This document shows, piece after piece, positions 1 through 9,730 of a stretch of DNA of 64,000 nt (the stretch's first letter is position 1; the number at the start of each line of letters is the position of its first letter). This DNA comes from a virus, in the IMG/VR virus record IMGVR_UViG_3300038505_000007, positions 45,946 to 109,945 of that record. One strand, written 5' to 3'. The notes beneath the pieces are model-generated. The model was not told where the DNA came from and searched no databases. It saw nothing but the letters and a program-made list of their open reading frames with translations. The position numbers and the translations under genes were made by a program.

Positions 1-1
1 T

Positions 2-130
2 CAGCAGAACGGCATGAGTGGGTGGGGCTTGTGCAATTGCACCGTAGATGATGTGGCCGAATTTGCGTGGCGTATCGCCGACGCTATGCTCAAGGCGCGT
101 GGTGGTTTCCACATCGACGCGACGAACTGA
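2..130 (+). CDS. 3' end of a hypothetical phage protein (partial)
   Basis: Open frame from window edge to TGA at 128-130, ending ...AWRIADAMLKARGGFHIDATN; 75/130 GC. Confidence 0.5.
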   Translation, partial: QQNGMSGWGLCNCTVDDVAEFAWRIADAMLKARGGFHIDATN

Positions 131-188
131 AAAAGGAGAACTAATATTACTTCATAGATTAAAACGGTAACAACAAAAGGAGAGCGCT

Positions 189-1016
189 ATGTCTTCAAAG
201 TCTTCAAAGTCGTTAAAGCTTGTGCTCACAAAGATTCCCTCTATCAAGAAGCAGAGTGGGGAGCCGCTTTTGGGGATAAGGTCAGACGTGTCAGGTTTAG
301 GTAATGACTTCGTGTGCGTATCTAGGCCAGCGCTGGTGAAAAAACCTAGCAATGAGTTCACCTCCAGGTACAATGAGTTCACTTCCAGGTACCTAGGAAA
401 CACCCTACTTAACATCCTAGACTTTGAGTACAAGATCGTCACTACTAAGGAGTTGAACGGAAAAACAGAGGTGATTGAGGAGTTGATGCGTGGCTGTAAT
501 ATATACATTACATACATTAGGTGGCGCAAGTACACCATGATGTCCAGTAGCGTAGACTTAGCCATCTACTTATTTGGCTTGAGTAAGGAGAAGTTCTTGT
601 TGGACTTTTTTGCACTCATGAGCTCTCCTGTCATGGAGGACGTGGTCGCTAAGGCTTTTGAGAAAATAAACCAGACCCTACACAGGGTGGTGAAATCCAA
701 GACTCTCTTTAGATTTCAAGAAACCCACGCCCCTGTGATTACCCATCTCTACCTCTCTAGGGACGGTATCTCTGTAAAAGAGCCAGAGGGTGATTACGTG
801 GATCTCACCTTACATATAAGCCTTATGCCAGAGATAGGAGCAAGTGGTTCCACTATAATGATAGGCCCTTATATGACGATGAGCGTAGATTTCACTGTCT
901 CCCTTAAGGACTCATTGGTCGAGCAGTACTCGGCAGATAACATAAACATCGACCAGCTGCTGAAGCAGCACAACGACAACGTGGTCTTAAACGAGTTAAT
1001 ATCCTACATAGGGTAG
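189..1016 (+). CDS. hypothetical protein (275 aa) with in-frame 21-bp tandem duplication (NEFTSRY x2)
   Basis: Long ORF, SD AAGGAG upstream; 350-370 and 371-391 differ by 1 nt. Confidence 0.75.
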   Translation: MSSKSSKSLKLVLTKIPSIKKQSGEPLLGIRSDVSGLGNDFVCVSRPALVKKPSNEFTSRYNEFTSRYLGNTLLNILDFEYKIVTTKELNGKTEVIEELMRGCNIYITYIRWRKYTMMSSSVDLAIYLFGLSKEKFLLDFFALMSSPVMEDVVAKAFEKINQTLHRVVKSKTLFRFQETHAPVITHLYLSRDGISVKEPEGDYVDLTLHISLMPEIGASGSTIMIGPYMTMSVDFTVSLKDSLVEQYSADNINIDQLLKQHNDNVVLNELISYIG

Positions 1017-1128
1017 AAATAAAACATGGCGCAGGAGTGGTTCATACTAGGAGATGTGCAACCTATGATAGAGCCTATCGACAAGGAGACATTCTTTGTC
1101 TTCTCAAAGTCCTAGCAAAGGAGGATCT

Positions 1129-1347
1129 ATGTCCATGCTAGATGGAGAGAACAGAACAACCTTTGTTGTATCAGTAGGACTTATGTTGCTGCTGTACCTG
1201 ATACTTTCTCTCATGCTAGATTCCATCCTTTCCATGAAGAGGAAACTAGATAAGACTTCAGAACAGGTCAACTCTATGATGGAGAAGAGAAGTCCCCAGC
1301 ACAGGATGTCTCTGCCTAAAGGAGGTGAGCATGCTGAAGCTCACTAA
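1129..1347 (+). CDS. small single-TM hypothetical protein
   Basis: SD AAGGAGG before ATG 1129; hydrophobic segment FVVSVGLMLLLYLILSLML. Confidence 0.6.
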   Translation: MSMLDGENRTTFVVSVGLMLLLYLILSLMLDSILSMKRKLDKTSEQVNSMMEKRSPQHRMSLPKGGEHAEAH

Positions 1348-1741
1348 CAACATATCTGCTATAGTAGATACTTTTAAGATGGGAGACATCCTGCTTGTAT
1401 ACGGGGATATGATAGAGGCCTTTGGTGAATCTGTAGAGTGGGACAACTACAAGATCTTTGAAGATGATGAAACTGGAGCTGTATTCACTGTATACGACTG
1501 GAAACGTACAGCACTTTATGACCCAGCACTTCCCTCAGTGAAAGAGCTAAAATCATACTCCCATTCCATCTCCTTTAGCATAGGAAGCAACAGAAAAGGA
1601 TCTCTTGAGGAGTTCAAGACTCTGCTTACTAGACATATCCGCTATATAAAGTCCAAGGAAGATAAGGTGGATGAGATCTTGCTGGGTAAAGCAGTTCCTC
1701 CTATTCCTAAAACCACTAGTTTGTATACCTCAAGCTTCTGA
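1331..1741 (+). CDS. hypothetical phage protein
   Basis: SD AGGAGGT before ATG 1331; VEW...GAVFTVYDWK segment resembles a common phage unknown family. Confidence 0.7.
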   Translation: MLKLTNNISAIVDTFKMGDILLVYGDMIEAFGESVEWDNYKIFEDDETGAVFTVYDWKRTALYDPALPSVKELKSYSHSISFSIGSNRKGSLEEFKTLLTRHIRYIKSKEDKVDEILLGKAVPPIPKTTSLYTSSF

Positions 1742-1766
1742 GAAGCTAGAAAGGACACAATACACT

Positions 1767-2081
1767 ATGTACTATCTTATTGACAGATTCTTAGCAGAGA
1801 ATATGTTTCCAGATACAGTTCTGGAAGATGATAATAGTCCAGAGTCTCTTGGACCTTCCTATGAGGAGTGTTCTTCTTTCTTAGAGAAGAAGCTTCCTTT
1901 TATGTTGGGCGCTAACATGGCAATGATAGGATTCTTCCTCTTTTTAGGGAGAGGAACTTCTACCGATCCTGTTTCTTCCATTAACTTTGAATTAAGCCGA
2001 ATTAGGCATGTTGTAGAAACAAATTCTATGAGAGGTAAAAGTCAACCACCCCAGGCTAAAGCCTGGGGCTTGAAAGAGTAG
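1767..2081 (+). CDS. hypothetical protein
   Basis: ORF with AAGGA SD before ATG 1767. Confidence 0.55.
   Translation: MYYLIDRFLAENMFPDTVLEDDNSPESLGPSYEECSSFLEKKLPFMLGANMAMIGFFLFLGRGTSTDPVSSINFELSRIRHVVETNSMRGKSQPPQAKAWGLKE
2041..2072. mobile_element. orphan IS200/IS605-family terminal palindrome
   Basis: GTCAACCACCCCAGGCTAAAGCCTGGGGCTTG: 9-bp stem CCCCAGGCT/AGCCTGGGG preceded by GTCAAC, typical of IS200/605 (IscB/TnpB) ends; no associated transposon ORF. Confidence 0.6.
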
Positions 2082-2110
2082 CGCATGCCAAGCGTGAAAC
2101 GGAGAGTTAA

Positions 2111-2821
2111 ATGGAGACTAGGGTGGCCGAGGTCCGAGAGGGCCGTTTAAAGGCAACTGAACCGACGAACCGACTAGACGTGGCAGTCCAAAACATGGCG
2201 CAGAAAGAGGCTCACGTAGCTCCAGAGGAGCTCTTGGTGTTGAGGAGAGAGGCCCTCTCTGTCGCGGAGTCGATGCTTGGGAGGCTCTCTACAGCGCGCA
2301 AGAGTATGCTGTACCTCATGATGCACGAGGTGGGCAACATAGCGTCTTTTGACTCTTCTACTGACTACGTGAGACTGAAGCAGAGCGCAGACCACTACTC
2401 AAACATGCTGAAATACCTCTACGAGAAGGCTCCGCGCGTCTACGACGCTTTCTGCACGCTTGACATGAGGCAAGATAGTGAGCTATCTAAGCAGATAAAC
2501 AGCACAATGAAGAGGCTCCTCATCTCCAGAGGAATCACACACCTCCCAAAGATGCTCATGAGTCTCTCCTTAGAGAGAAAGAAGAGGTCCTCGAAGAGGA
2601 GAGACCTGCTCTACGACACGTCTGAGGTGGACGCCCTATATCACATCCTCTCAAAGCGAGACTTCGCTTTGAACGAGGTCGCGACTCTGCTTGTAGTGTA
2701 CGACAGCATCGTAAGCAGTGAGATACCGGTGGCTAGCGGCCATCACAGCGACAACGTAGCTATATTATTCTCTCTGTTTTCTTACTTGCTCACTAGAGCC
2801 GTGCTCGACACGATGGGTTGA
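2111..2821 (+). CDS. hypothetical protein (236 aa)
   Basis: Long ORF with GGAG SD. Confidence 0.75.
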   Translation: METRVAEVREGRLKATEPTNRLDVAVQNMAQKEAHVAPEELLVLRREALSVAESMLGRLSTARKSMLYLMMHEVGNIASFDSSTDYVRLKQSADHYSNMLKYLYEKAPRVYDAFCTLDMRQDSELSKQINSTMKRLLISRGITHLPKMLMSLSLERKKRSSKRRDLLYDTSEVDALYHILSKRDFALNEVATLLVVYDSIVSSEIPVASGHHSDNVAILFSLFSYLLTRAVLDTMG

Positions 2822-2871
2822 GAGTCGCGTTTTCCGATATTATAAATAAAACAACAATAAGGAGGTATTAT

Positions 2872-3249
2872 ATGAAGAGTCAAAAAGAAGCAGTATTTCT
2901 GACAGTCTCAGAGGTTCTAGGTCGCGTCCCCTTAAAGGGCGAGCGAGTAGTCCTCACTAAGGAGCAGACAGAGCAGGTCAAATCTATCCTGCTTGAGGAG
3001 TTCAAGCAGGGCAGGGTGCAGCTAGGTTGCACTTACTCGGAGCAAGACTTGAAGAAGTACGTGGCTGGGCTGGTAGCTAACTGGTTAAGAAAAGACGTAA
3101 GACTGAACGGCGGAGTTGAGTTAAAGGCCTCTGCCTCTAAAGCTAAGCAGCAGGAGCAGCGGAGTGAGGCAGCCGAGAGTACCTCTTTAGAGGACATGTC
3201 TTTGAGCGAGCTCGTATCTGTTGCTAGACAAGCTGTGAGGACGGCTTGA
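2872..3249 (+). CDS. hypothetical protein
   Basis: SD AAGGAGGT before ATG 2872. Confidence 0.75.
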   Translation: MKSQKEAVFLTVSEVLGRVPLKGERVVLTKEQTEQVKSILLEEFKQGRVQLGCTYSEQDLKKYVAGLVANWLRKDVRLNGGVELKASASKAKQQEQRSEAAESTSLEDMSLSELVSVARQAVRTA

Positions 3250-3354
3250 TGCTGTCCTCCTTAATAGGTATGCGACACATACACATACTATAAACAAGAC
3301 TTCGTACTTATTCTGAAAATAATTTATTAAAAACAAAAACAAGGGAGGGTAAAC

Positions 3355-4470
3355 ATGAGAGCGTCAGACATTCCTAACATCTTAAATCTAGCTCTTCGAG
3401 CTAGAGAGAACGGCTTAGTATTCAATCCTATGTTCAGGGGTGAGGCTGGTCTAGGTAAATCTCAAGTAGTCCAGCAGTGGGTAGAGGAGCAGCAAAAGAA
3501 AGACCCGACTTTTGGCTTTGTCGACCTGCGCATTGCTTACATGGAGGCACCAGACTTAATCGGCTTCCCTCACAAAGAAAAAGACGAGAACAACCTAGTG
3601 AGAACCACAAACGCGCTCCCGTCTTTCTGGCCTACCTCAGGTAGAGGCCTGCTGTTCTTAGAGGAAATAAACCGCGGAAAAACATCTGTAATGAACGCTC
3701 TCATGCAGCTCCTCACAGATAGAAAGATTCATGAGTACACCCTACCTGAGGGCTGGATAATAGCCGCCGCTGTGAACCCTGATACTAGTAAGTACGACGT
3801 AAACGTTATGGACCAAGCTCTGATGGATAGGTTCGAGGTGTTCGACATCGAGTACGACCACGAGTCTTTCTCTCGATACATGGCCAAGAGCAACTGGCAT
3901 CAAAACATACAGTACTTTATCAACCAAGCTCTATGGGTGTATAAAAAACCAGAAGAGCTAGCAGAAGACGCAAAATACATCTCTCCAAGAACGTGGTCAA
4001 AGCTCAACGCTGCCGAGAAGTCTGGCTTGGCTAGTAGCCGCGCTATGCACTTCACGGTATCCACGTCTATCCTAGGTAAGAGTATCGGAACGGCCTACCA
4101 TAAGTTCTGTTTCGACGAGTCTCCTGTTACGGCCTTTGATCTACTAGAGAACACAGAGCGCTCGCTTGAGAGAATCAAGGAGCTAGTTAAAAACTCCTCG
4201 TACAGAGGCGACATGATCTCTGTATTAGTTCAATCTATCGTCCAAAACTTTGGTGGGCCAGACGAGACGTGTGAGCAGGGTAAAATACCAGAGTCCTTGA
4301 TGATCAAGGTAGCAGACATCATCCCAGCAGATCAAGCTGTTCAGCTCATCAAGGAGTGCGCTTTCGCTACCAACAAAGGCATACAGTATATCAAAGAGTT
4401 GGCAGAGAGACACAAGAGTGTCCTCAAGAGGATCAAAGCAGACGTTGTGACAGAGGACGATAAGAACTAA
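3355..4470 (+). CDS. MoxR-like AAA+ ATPase
   Basis: Walker A GEAGLGKS, Walker B LFLEEINR, AVNP sensor and DQALMDRF arginine finger; adjacent VWA gene. Confidence 0.9.
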   Translation: MRASDIPNILNLALRARENGLVFNPMFRGEAGLGKSQVVQQWVEEQQKKDPTFGFVDLRIAYMEAPDLIGFPHKEKDENNLVRTTNALPSFWPTSGRGLLFLEEINRGKTSVMNALMQLLTDRKIHEYTLPEGWIIAAAVNPDTSKYDVNVMDQALMDRFEVFDIEYDHESFSRYMAKSNWHQNIQYFINQALWVYKKPEELAEDAKYISPRTWSKLNAAEKSGLASSRAMHFTVSTSILGKSIGTAYHKFCFDESPVTAFDLLENTERSLERIKELVKNSSYRGDMISVLVQSIVQNFGGPDETCEQGKIPESLMIKVADIIPADQAVQLIKECAFATNKGIQYIKELAERHKSVLKRIKADVVTEDDKN

Positions 4471-4485
4471 TTTACATCTATAAAA

Positions 4486-4581
4486 GTCCAGCTAAGCGCC
4501 GGATGCCTCCCACCCTCCCCCCAATCTTAGTTGGACACATTAGGTACAGCGAGATTCCGGCTCTCGCTGTATCGTCTTTTT
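4486..4581 (+). ncRNA. putative structured RNA: stem-loop with C-rich loop followed by intrinsic terminator
   Basis: Stem GTCCAGCTAAG(4486-4496)/CTTAGTTGGAC(4526-4536), loop containing CCTCCCACCCTCCCCCC, then terminator hairpin. Confidence 0.4.
4543..4581 (+). terminator. intrinsic terminator
   Basis: 12-bp stem GGTACAGCGAGA/TCTCGCTGTATC then GTCTTTTTT. Confidence 0.75.
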
Positions 4582-4621
4582 CTGAAAATATATATAATAC
4601 AACACACAAGAGAGGTTTAGT

Positions 4622-6160
4622 ATGCGTACAATAGCAAAACTCGATAGAGTAAATCAACTAACAGTAGATGACGTAAGAATGGCTGAGGCTAAGTATGACT
4701 CTTACTTAGAGTCCTCCATATTCAACATCACTATGTCTTACCCTTTTTGGGGACACATGCTTCAAAACATCGACATTTTTCCGTCATATTCCCTACCCAC
4801 ATTAGGCGTAACCTACGATAAACACGGCTCAAAGTACGTCATGTATATCAACCCCGTATATTTTTCTATAATGCTCTCTCAAAAGCAGAGAGTGTCAGTT
4901 CTTTTACATGAGTTGCATCACTTAATACATGGCCACCTAAAAAGATTTAACTTCAAGAGCATGTCTTCGTCAGACGTTAAGCTCTACGGTATAGCCGCAG
5001 ACTTAGCGGTCAACCAGCTTATCAAAGATCTACCTGACGGCTGCGACTTCTGTAAAGATCAACCTATTGATTTTGTGTGCCCTAACGATAAGTGTCCTGG
5101 TCACGTTCTCACTCTAAACATGTTCAAGCACAACGGTAAGCCTTTTCCAAAAGATCAAACTGCTGAGTACTACTACAGTCTATTAAAGCAGTCTGATATA
5201 CTAAACATGATTGGAGGCTCAGGCGACAACAATGACTCACAGAATAATCAAAATCAACAAAACAACAATAACAGTAACTCACAGAGCAACCAAAATCAAC
5301 AACAAGCCAACAGTGGCTCAGGAAGCGGTGGTCAAGGCTCTGCGCAGAACAAGTCTGAAGAAGAAAAAATAAACTCTGTTCAAAAGCGAAAGAAAAATAA
5401 GCTGTCCCCTATAGACCAGCACGACCTATCTGAAGTCGCAAAAGAGATGGGTAAGGAGAGCGACAACAACGATCCTAACATGGACGACGTGCTATCAGAC
5501 TTAATCAAGCGAACGATGATTAAGGCTAACATGGGGTACAACAACTTACCTCAAGCAGCAAGAGACATCTTCGATAAGATACAGGCACAAAAAAGCCAGA
5601 TAAACTTTAAGAAAATCCTACTGGACGCTATCAAGCGCAGCGTGTCTGGTATAGACGACACGCACGATTGGTCTCGCCTCTCTAGGCGATACGACGTTTT
5701 TGCTCCCGGGATAAAAGACGGCGAGCTACCTAAGCTCCACATATATATTGACACGTCTGGCTCTATCTCGGCTCAAGAGCTTTCTGAGTTCTTAGACATT
5801 ATCGATGAGTTCATAAAGATAGGCCACAGAAAGTGCACAATATCGTTCTTTCACACCTCCTTGTATAAGACCCTCACATACACACGAGGAAAAAGATTTG
5901 ACTCAAAAGACCTTCAAATCGGCGGCACAGAGTTAGCACCCGTAATGCAAGACATTATTAAAAAACAACCTGACCTCTCTATCATCCTCACAGATGGTCT
6001 CTACCCCTATGTCGATAGATCTCAGTTAAATATCAGGCATGGGCAGAAAATTCCTGAGATATTGTTCATCATATCAAGAGACAGCAACGTTGAGCCTAAA
6101 GATAACCCATTAGGAGCCTACGGTAAGACAATTAAAGTCCCTAAGACTAAGAATAAATAA
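4622..6160 (+). CDS. DUF2201-type protein: HExxH metallopeptidase-like N-terminal domain plus VWA domain
   Basis: LHELHH motif, N/Q/S/G low-complexity linker, MIDAS YIDTSGS, GGT and ILTDG; follows MoxR ATPase. Confidence 0.88.
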   Translation: MRTIAKLDRVNQLTVDDVRMAEAKYDSYLESSIFNITMSYPFWGHMLQNIDIFPSYSLPTLGVTYDKHGSKYVMYINPVYFSIMLSQKQRVSVLLHELHHLIHGHLKRFNFKSMSSSDVKLYGIAADLAVNQLIKDLPDGCDFCKDQPIDFVCPNDKCPGHVLTLNMFKHNGKPFPKDQTAEYYYSLLKQSDILNMIGGSGDNNDSQNNQNQQNNNNSNSQSNQNQQQANSGSGSGGQGSAQNKSEEEKINSVQKRKKNKLSPIDQHDLSEVAKEMGKESDNNDPNMDDVLSDLIKRTMIKANMGYNNLPQAARDIFDKIQAQKSQINFKKILLDAIKRSVSGIDDTHDWSRLSRRYDVFAPGIKDGELPKLHIYIDTSGSISAQELSEFLDIIDEFIKIGHRKCTISFFHTSLYKTLTYTRGKRFDSKDLQIGGTELAPVMQDIIKKQPDLSIILTDGLYPYVDRSQLNIRHGQKIPEILFIISRDSNVEPKDNPLGAYGKTIKVPKTKNK

Positions 6161-6171
6161 CGTATCAGCAT

Positions 6172-6924
6172 ATGGAGGGGTGCATGAGATTTTATCCTTC
6201 ACGCCAAAATAACTTAAAAGTCATAAGTGTATCTTACAAGAAGATTCAAGACGTGCCAACGATACATCCTTTCAATGACTCTCTCTTTGCCAACGATAAC
6301 GTCTTTGTTCTTGAGAAAGACGGAAAAATACACCAGCAGAAGTCGTCTTCTAGGATAGGCCACTTCTTCGACGAGGATCGTATAGTGGTGGTACTGCAAG
6401 GCATAACATGCGAAGTGACCCTTGGAACACCTGAGTCTAAGACGACCGTAAGCATCCCTGTAGTTTTTAATTTACCTTCTCTCTTAAGAGACGATCAAAA
6501 GAACATCCTATACTTAGCCGATTTGAGCTACACAGATTTATTTAGAAATACTTTAACCGCAGTGTACACTGATGATTTCTTAAATAAGATGTTTGCTTTA
6601 GCTGATTTCTCTTATATAAAAAACCCCTTAGATATAAAAGGCAGGATTGTGTTAAAGCACTCTATTGAGATAGATCATCATCAAAAAGATAGAGGTATAG
6701 TTATACGAGGAGACTTCATAGGCTCTATGTATACAGAGAACCATACCCTAGAAAACGGAGACCCTAGTATTCATATTAGCTCATTCTTGAGCTTAAGAAT
6801 GTTTATCAGCGTACACGTGTCATCAGATCTCTTGATAAAGAAGATGACTCCCACTGTTGAGTCTCTATGTAAAGAGATAAACAATCAGGCTGCTGTAGAC
6901 CTAATACTAAGCGTGTCTGCTTAA
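6172..6924 (+). CDS. hypothetical protein (250 aa)
   Basis: Long ORF in operon context. Confidence 0.7.
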   Translation: MEGCMRFYPSRQNNLKVISVSYKKIQDVPTIHPFNDSLFANDNVFVLEKDGKIHQQKSSSRIGHFFDEDRIVVVLQGITCEVTLGTPESKTTVSIPVVFNLPSLLRDDQKNILYLADLSYTDLFRNTLTAVYTDDFLNKMFALADFSYIKNPLDIKGRIVLKHSIEIDHHQKDRGIVIRGDFIGSMYTENHTLENGDPSIHISSFLSLRMFISVHVSSDLLIKKMTPTVESLCKEINNQAAVDLILSVSA

Positions 6925-6962
6925 TAATATCCCCTTAACAGGGTAAGACGAACGAGGTCTTT

Positions 6963-7733
6963 ATGTTTATAAAAGATATATCTATTAGCGTAAGAAAAGT
7001 CGCTGACAACGACTTGCCTAACGTGTCTTCTAAGTTGTCTGATAACAATAACTACATGACTATATATGCTTCTAATAACAACAGCAGAGTTTTCCATGTA
7101 AAAAAAGATAAGCTAAAGTCTTACCAAGAGATATTCCTGTTAGACTACGAGTACCAAAAAGACTTCTATATTGTAGATGATGATGGCAAGGAGCATCACA
7201 TAAACGACATAGGGACTGTCTGTATAGATAGTTTTTACATACCGAGAGCTAACAGGTCTATAATAAATAACTTCTTAGAGAAGTCAGACAAAGATATACT
7301 GATAGACGCCATAAATATGCTAAACAAAAATCCCAAAATTATAAGCAAGATAGTGAGCAGCCATAACAAGAAGATAAAGTCATTTATCTCTTCTGCGTAT
7401 GATAAGTATAACCAGATATCGACCAAAAAACCGATAAATATAACTATCGCTAATAATTTTTCCTCTTTCGTGTCAGCTGACTCAAGTATACAAAAGTCCT
7501 CTGTAAGATTAGGATACAGCTTTCACACGATATCTAGGCTCTCACTTCTAAAGAACTCCTCTAAGAATATCAGTGAGCTGTATTTTTATTACACGAACTT
7601 AGCTTTACATATTAAAGTAAATCTAAAAATAGATGACCAAAAAAAATCTAATAGCACAGAAAATCTATTTAATGAGGTAGTAAACTACTTTACACTTAAC
7701 GCCATGGACTGTAGCAGTGTCAGTAAGGAGTAA
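6963..7733 (+). CDS. hypothetical protein (256 aa)
   Basis: Long ORF, GAGGT SD. Confidence 0.7.
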   Translation: MFIKDISISVRKVADNDLPNVSSKLSDNNNYMTIYASNNNSRVFHVKKDKLKSYQEIFLLDYEYQKDFYIVDDDGKEHHINDIGTVCIDSFYIPRANRSIINNFLEKSDKDILIDAINMLNKNPKIISKIVSSHNKKIKSFISSAYDKYNQISTKKPINITIANNFSSFVSADSSIQKSSVRLGYSFHTISRLSLLKNSSKNISELYFYYTNLALHIKVNLKIDDQKKSNSTENLFNEVVNYFTLNAMDCSSVSKE

Positions 7734-7735
7734 AG

Positions 7736-8545
7736 ATGGGCAACTTGTCATGTGTTGAAGGCGTAACTAAAGAAGAAATCATTGACTTGTTTAGTAATCT
7801 ATTCTATTTTAGAAAATTAGAGAGCATATCTAATAACAGCTTAGACGAGTACTTACTGGCAAAATTATCGCCAGATATAGTGGAAAAGATAAAACTAAAG
7901 AAATCTAAAATAAAGATAGTACCTGCAATAAACAGCATAAACATACAACATGCCGACAAATTCATTGTGTTGCTAAACAAGAACAACGAAGACTGGGGCG
8001 AAGTGTTTATTACTTCCATCTTGTTATCATACAGATCAATAATGAAAAAGGTAGATGAAATAATTAAATTCTTGGATCAACTAAATATATCAAGAATAGA
8101 GAATCTTAACGCATATAGTATTTTTGATTTAGCTATAAACATAGCTCATGGATATAAAGTTTTTAAGTTTCACACCGACGTAGAGAGGTCTTATGTAAAG
8201 TCAATGACTCAAGCGATTGAGCTTATTATCGACGTAAATAGCTTCAACATCCTAAGAGATCCATCTACTAATGAGCTTTTACTATGTCCGCTAATCTATA
8301 TATCTACTTACTACGCAAACCTGTTTCCCTATGAGCTTGAAATAAAAGCAAATGACATACTCGCCATAATGAAACAAAAAATACTTACTGGCATGTTAGA
8401 CGACGAAACCAGTGAAAAAGTAATGATTAACTCAATATTAAACGGCGAGCGCTACTTATCTAAAGAATTATTAAGATCTGGCCGTAAAGCTATGGCAGCA
8501 CAGGATGAAATAAAGACCCTTATGAGGATTTCCAAAAACATATAG
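7736..8545 (+). CDS. hypothetical protein (269 aa)
   Basis: Long ORF, AAGGAG SD. Confidence 0.7.
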   Translation: MGNLSCVEGVTKEEIIDLFSNLFYFRKLESISNNSLDEYLLAKLSPDIVEKIKLKKSKIKIVPAINSINIQHADKFIVLLNKNNEDWGEVFITSILLSYRSIMKKVDEIIKFLDQLNISRIENLNAYSIFDLAINIAHGYKVFKFHTDVERSYVKSMTQAIELIIDVNSFNILRDPSTNELLLCPLIYISTYYANLFPYELEIKANDILAIMKQKILTGMLDDETSEKVMINSILNGERYLSKELLRSGRKAMAAQDEIKTLMRISKNI

Positions 8546-8691
8546 ACTACTATGTCTAGAACACAATAGATGCATCTCATATTCTACATGACATATGTCC
8601 ATGTACTGTAAGTACAGGACTTTATCCTGATTTAATTTGATATAAAAATGATACGCGAGTAAGTTGATTAACTTTACTGTACAAAAAACAT

Positions 8692-8928
8692 ATGTCAACT
8701 AGTGGTAAAAATATAACTTTTGAAATAGAAGACAGTGTTGATGCCTCGTTTGAGGATATACTCAGCCGCGCATCGCAGACAGCAGAAGAGTACGCTAGTT
8801 TTTATGAGATAAAAAACTATAAAGTAGAGCTAGTGGCTTTTAGGCTGCTAGAGAATAAAAAAATCTATGTCTTCTCTATCAAGAAGACTAGAAAGTCTAG
8901 TGTAAATAAACGAAGGAGGCTAAGATGA
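8692..8928 (+). CDS. hypothetical protein
   Basis: ORF overlapping next start (ATGA coupling). Confidence 0.6.
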   Translation: MSTSGKNITFEIEDSVDASFEDILSRASQTAEEYASFYEIKNYKVELVAFRLLENKKIYVFSIKKTRKSSVNKRRRLR

Positions 8929-9227
8929 CTGAAAAGAAACTAAAAACAGAGTCTTTAGAGCAGTTCTTAGCAAGAGGAGGAAAGATAAAGGTTGTGCGGT
9001 CTAAAGTGCCAGAAACAACCCAGACAGTCTTCTCTTCCTCTAAGAAGAACATCTCAGCAGACACCATGACATTATGGGACGCCCAGATTTACTTTGGCGA
9101 GAAAGAGGGCAGGCCTAGCTCTGCTAAACAGCCTAAAAACAACAAGGAAACCTCACTTAATCTCGACGCTCTACCAGAAGAGCTAAAAAAACGACTCTTA
9201 GAAAAGATTAAGTCCGCTAATGAGTAG
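8925..9227 (+). CDS. hypothetical protein
   Basis: SD AGGAGG; ESLEQFLARGGKI segment resembles a recurrent phage unknown family. Confidence 0.7.
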   Translation: MTEKKLKTESLEQFLARGGKIKVVRSKVPETTQTVFSSSKKNISADTMTLWDAQIYFGEKEGRPSSAKQPKNNKETSLNLDALPEELKKRLLEKIKSANE

Positions 9228-9296
9228 AGCGGGTTATATCACCTGCATCTTGCTGCTTTTTCTGATCTTATTATTTTATAAACAAAGGGAGGTATC

Positions 9297-9506
9297 ATGA
9301 AGCTTCAATCAAGAAAGCCAGTTAAGCAGGCGATCGCTGTCTACTCAGTCACCGTAGACGTCGAAGAAGGAGACACTCTAGAGTCCCTGGAAAAGTTCGT
9401 GGTTCCTTGCTTTAGAAACTTAAAGCCTAAAGAGATCGTGTTTACTACCTCCTATGGAGACGAGATCTTCACAGACGAAGAGCTTGAACAGTATATCAAG
9501 GAGTAG
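9297..9506 (+). CDS. hypothetical protein
   Basis: SD GGGAGGT. Confidence 0.65.
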   Translation: MKLQSRKPVKQAIAVYSVTVDVEEGDTLESLEKFVVPCFRNLKPKEIVFTTSYGDEIFTDEELEQYIKE

Positions 9507-9508
9507 TC

Positions 9509-9715
9509 ATGTATAAGTCGTTCTTTGATGACGTATATTCTGTTGATATAAAAAACCTGCGATCCAATCTTATGTCTAGAGCAAGGAAGTTCATCGCCTC
9601 TCTGGATAAAGAGGCGTATTTAGATTTGTTCTACGACGTCGACGGTCTTTGTGTGGTGTACATAGACGAGAGTGGAACAAGAAGAACGAGAAAGTTCAGT
9701 ATAAGAGACTGCTAA
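9509..9715 (+). CDS. hypothetical protein
   Basis: AAGGAG SD, tight operon spacing. Confidence 0.6.
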   Translation: MYKSFFDDVYSVDIKNLRSNLMSRARKFIASLDKEAYLDLFYDVDGLCVVYIDESGTRRTRKFSIRDC

Positions 9716-9730
9716 CAAGATGAGGGGAAG

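Noticed and set aside
350-391. 21-bp tandem duplication
   Set aside because: Two copies only, in frame; ordinary slippage event.
5221-5345. Asn/Gln/Ser/Gly low-complexity tract as a repeat element
   Set aside because: Typical flexible linker of DUF2201-VWA proteins.
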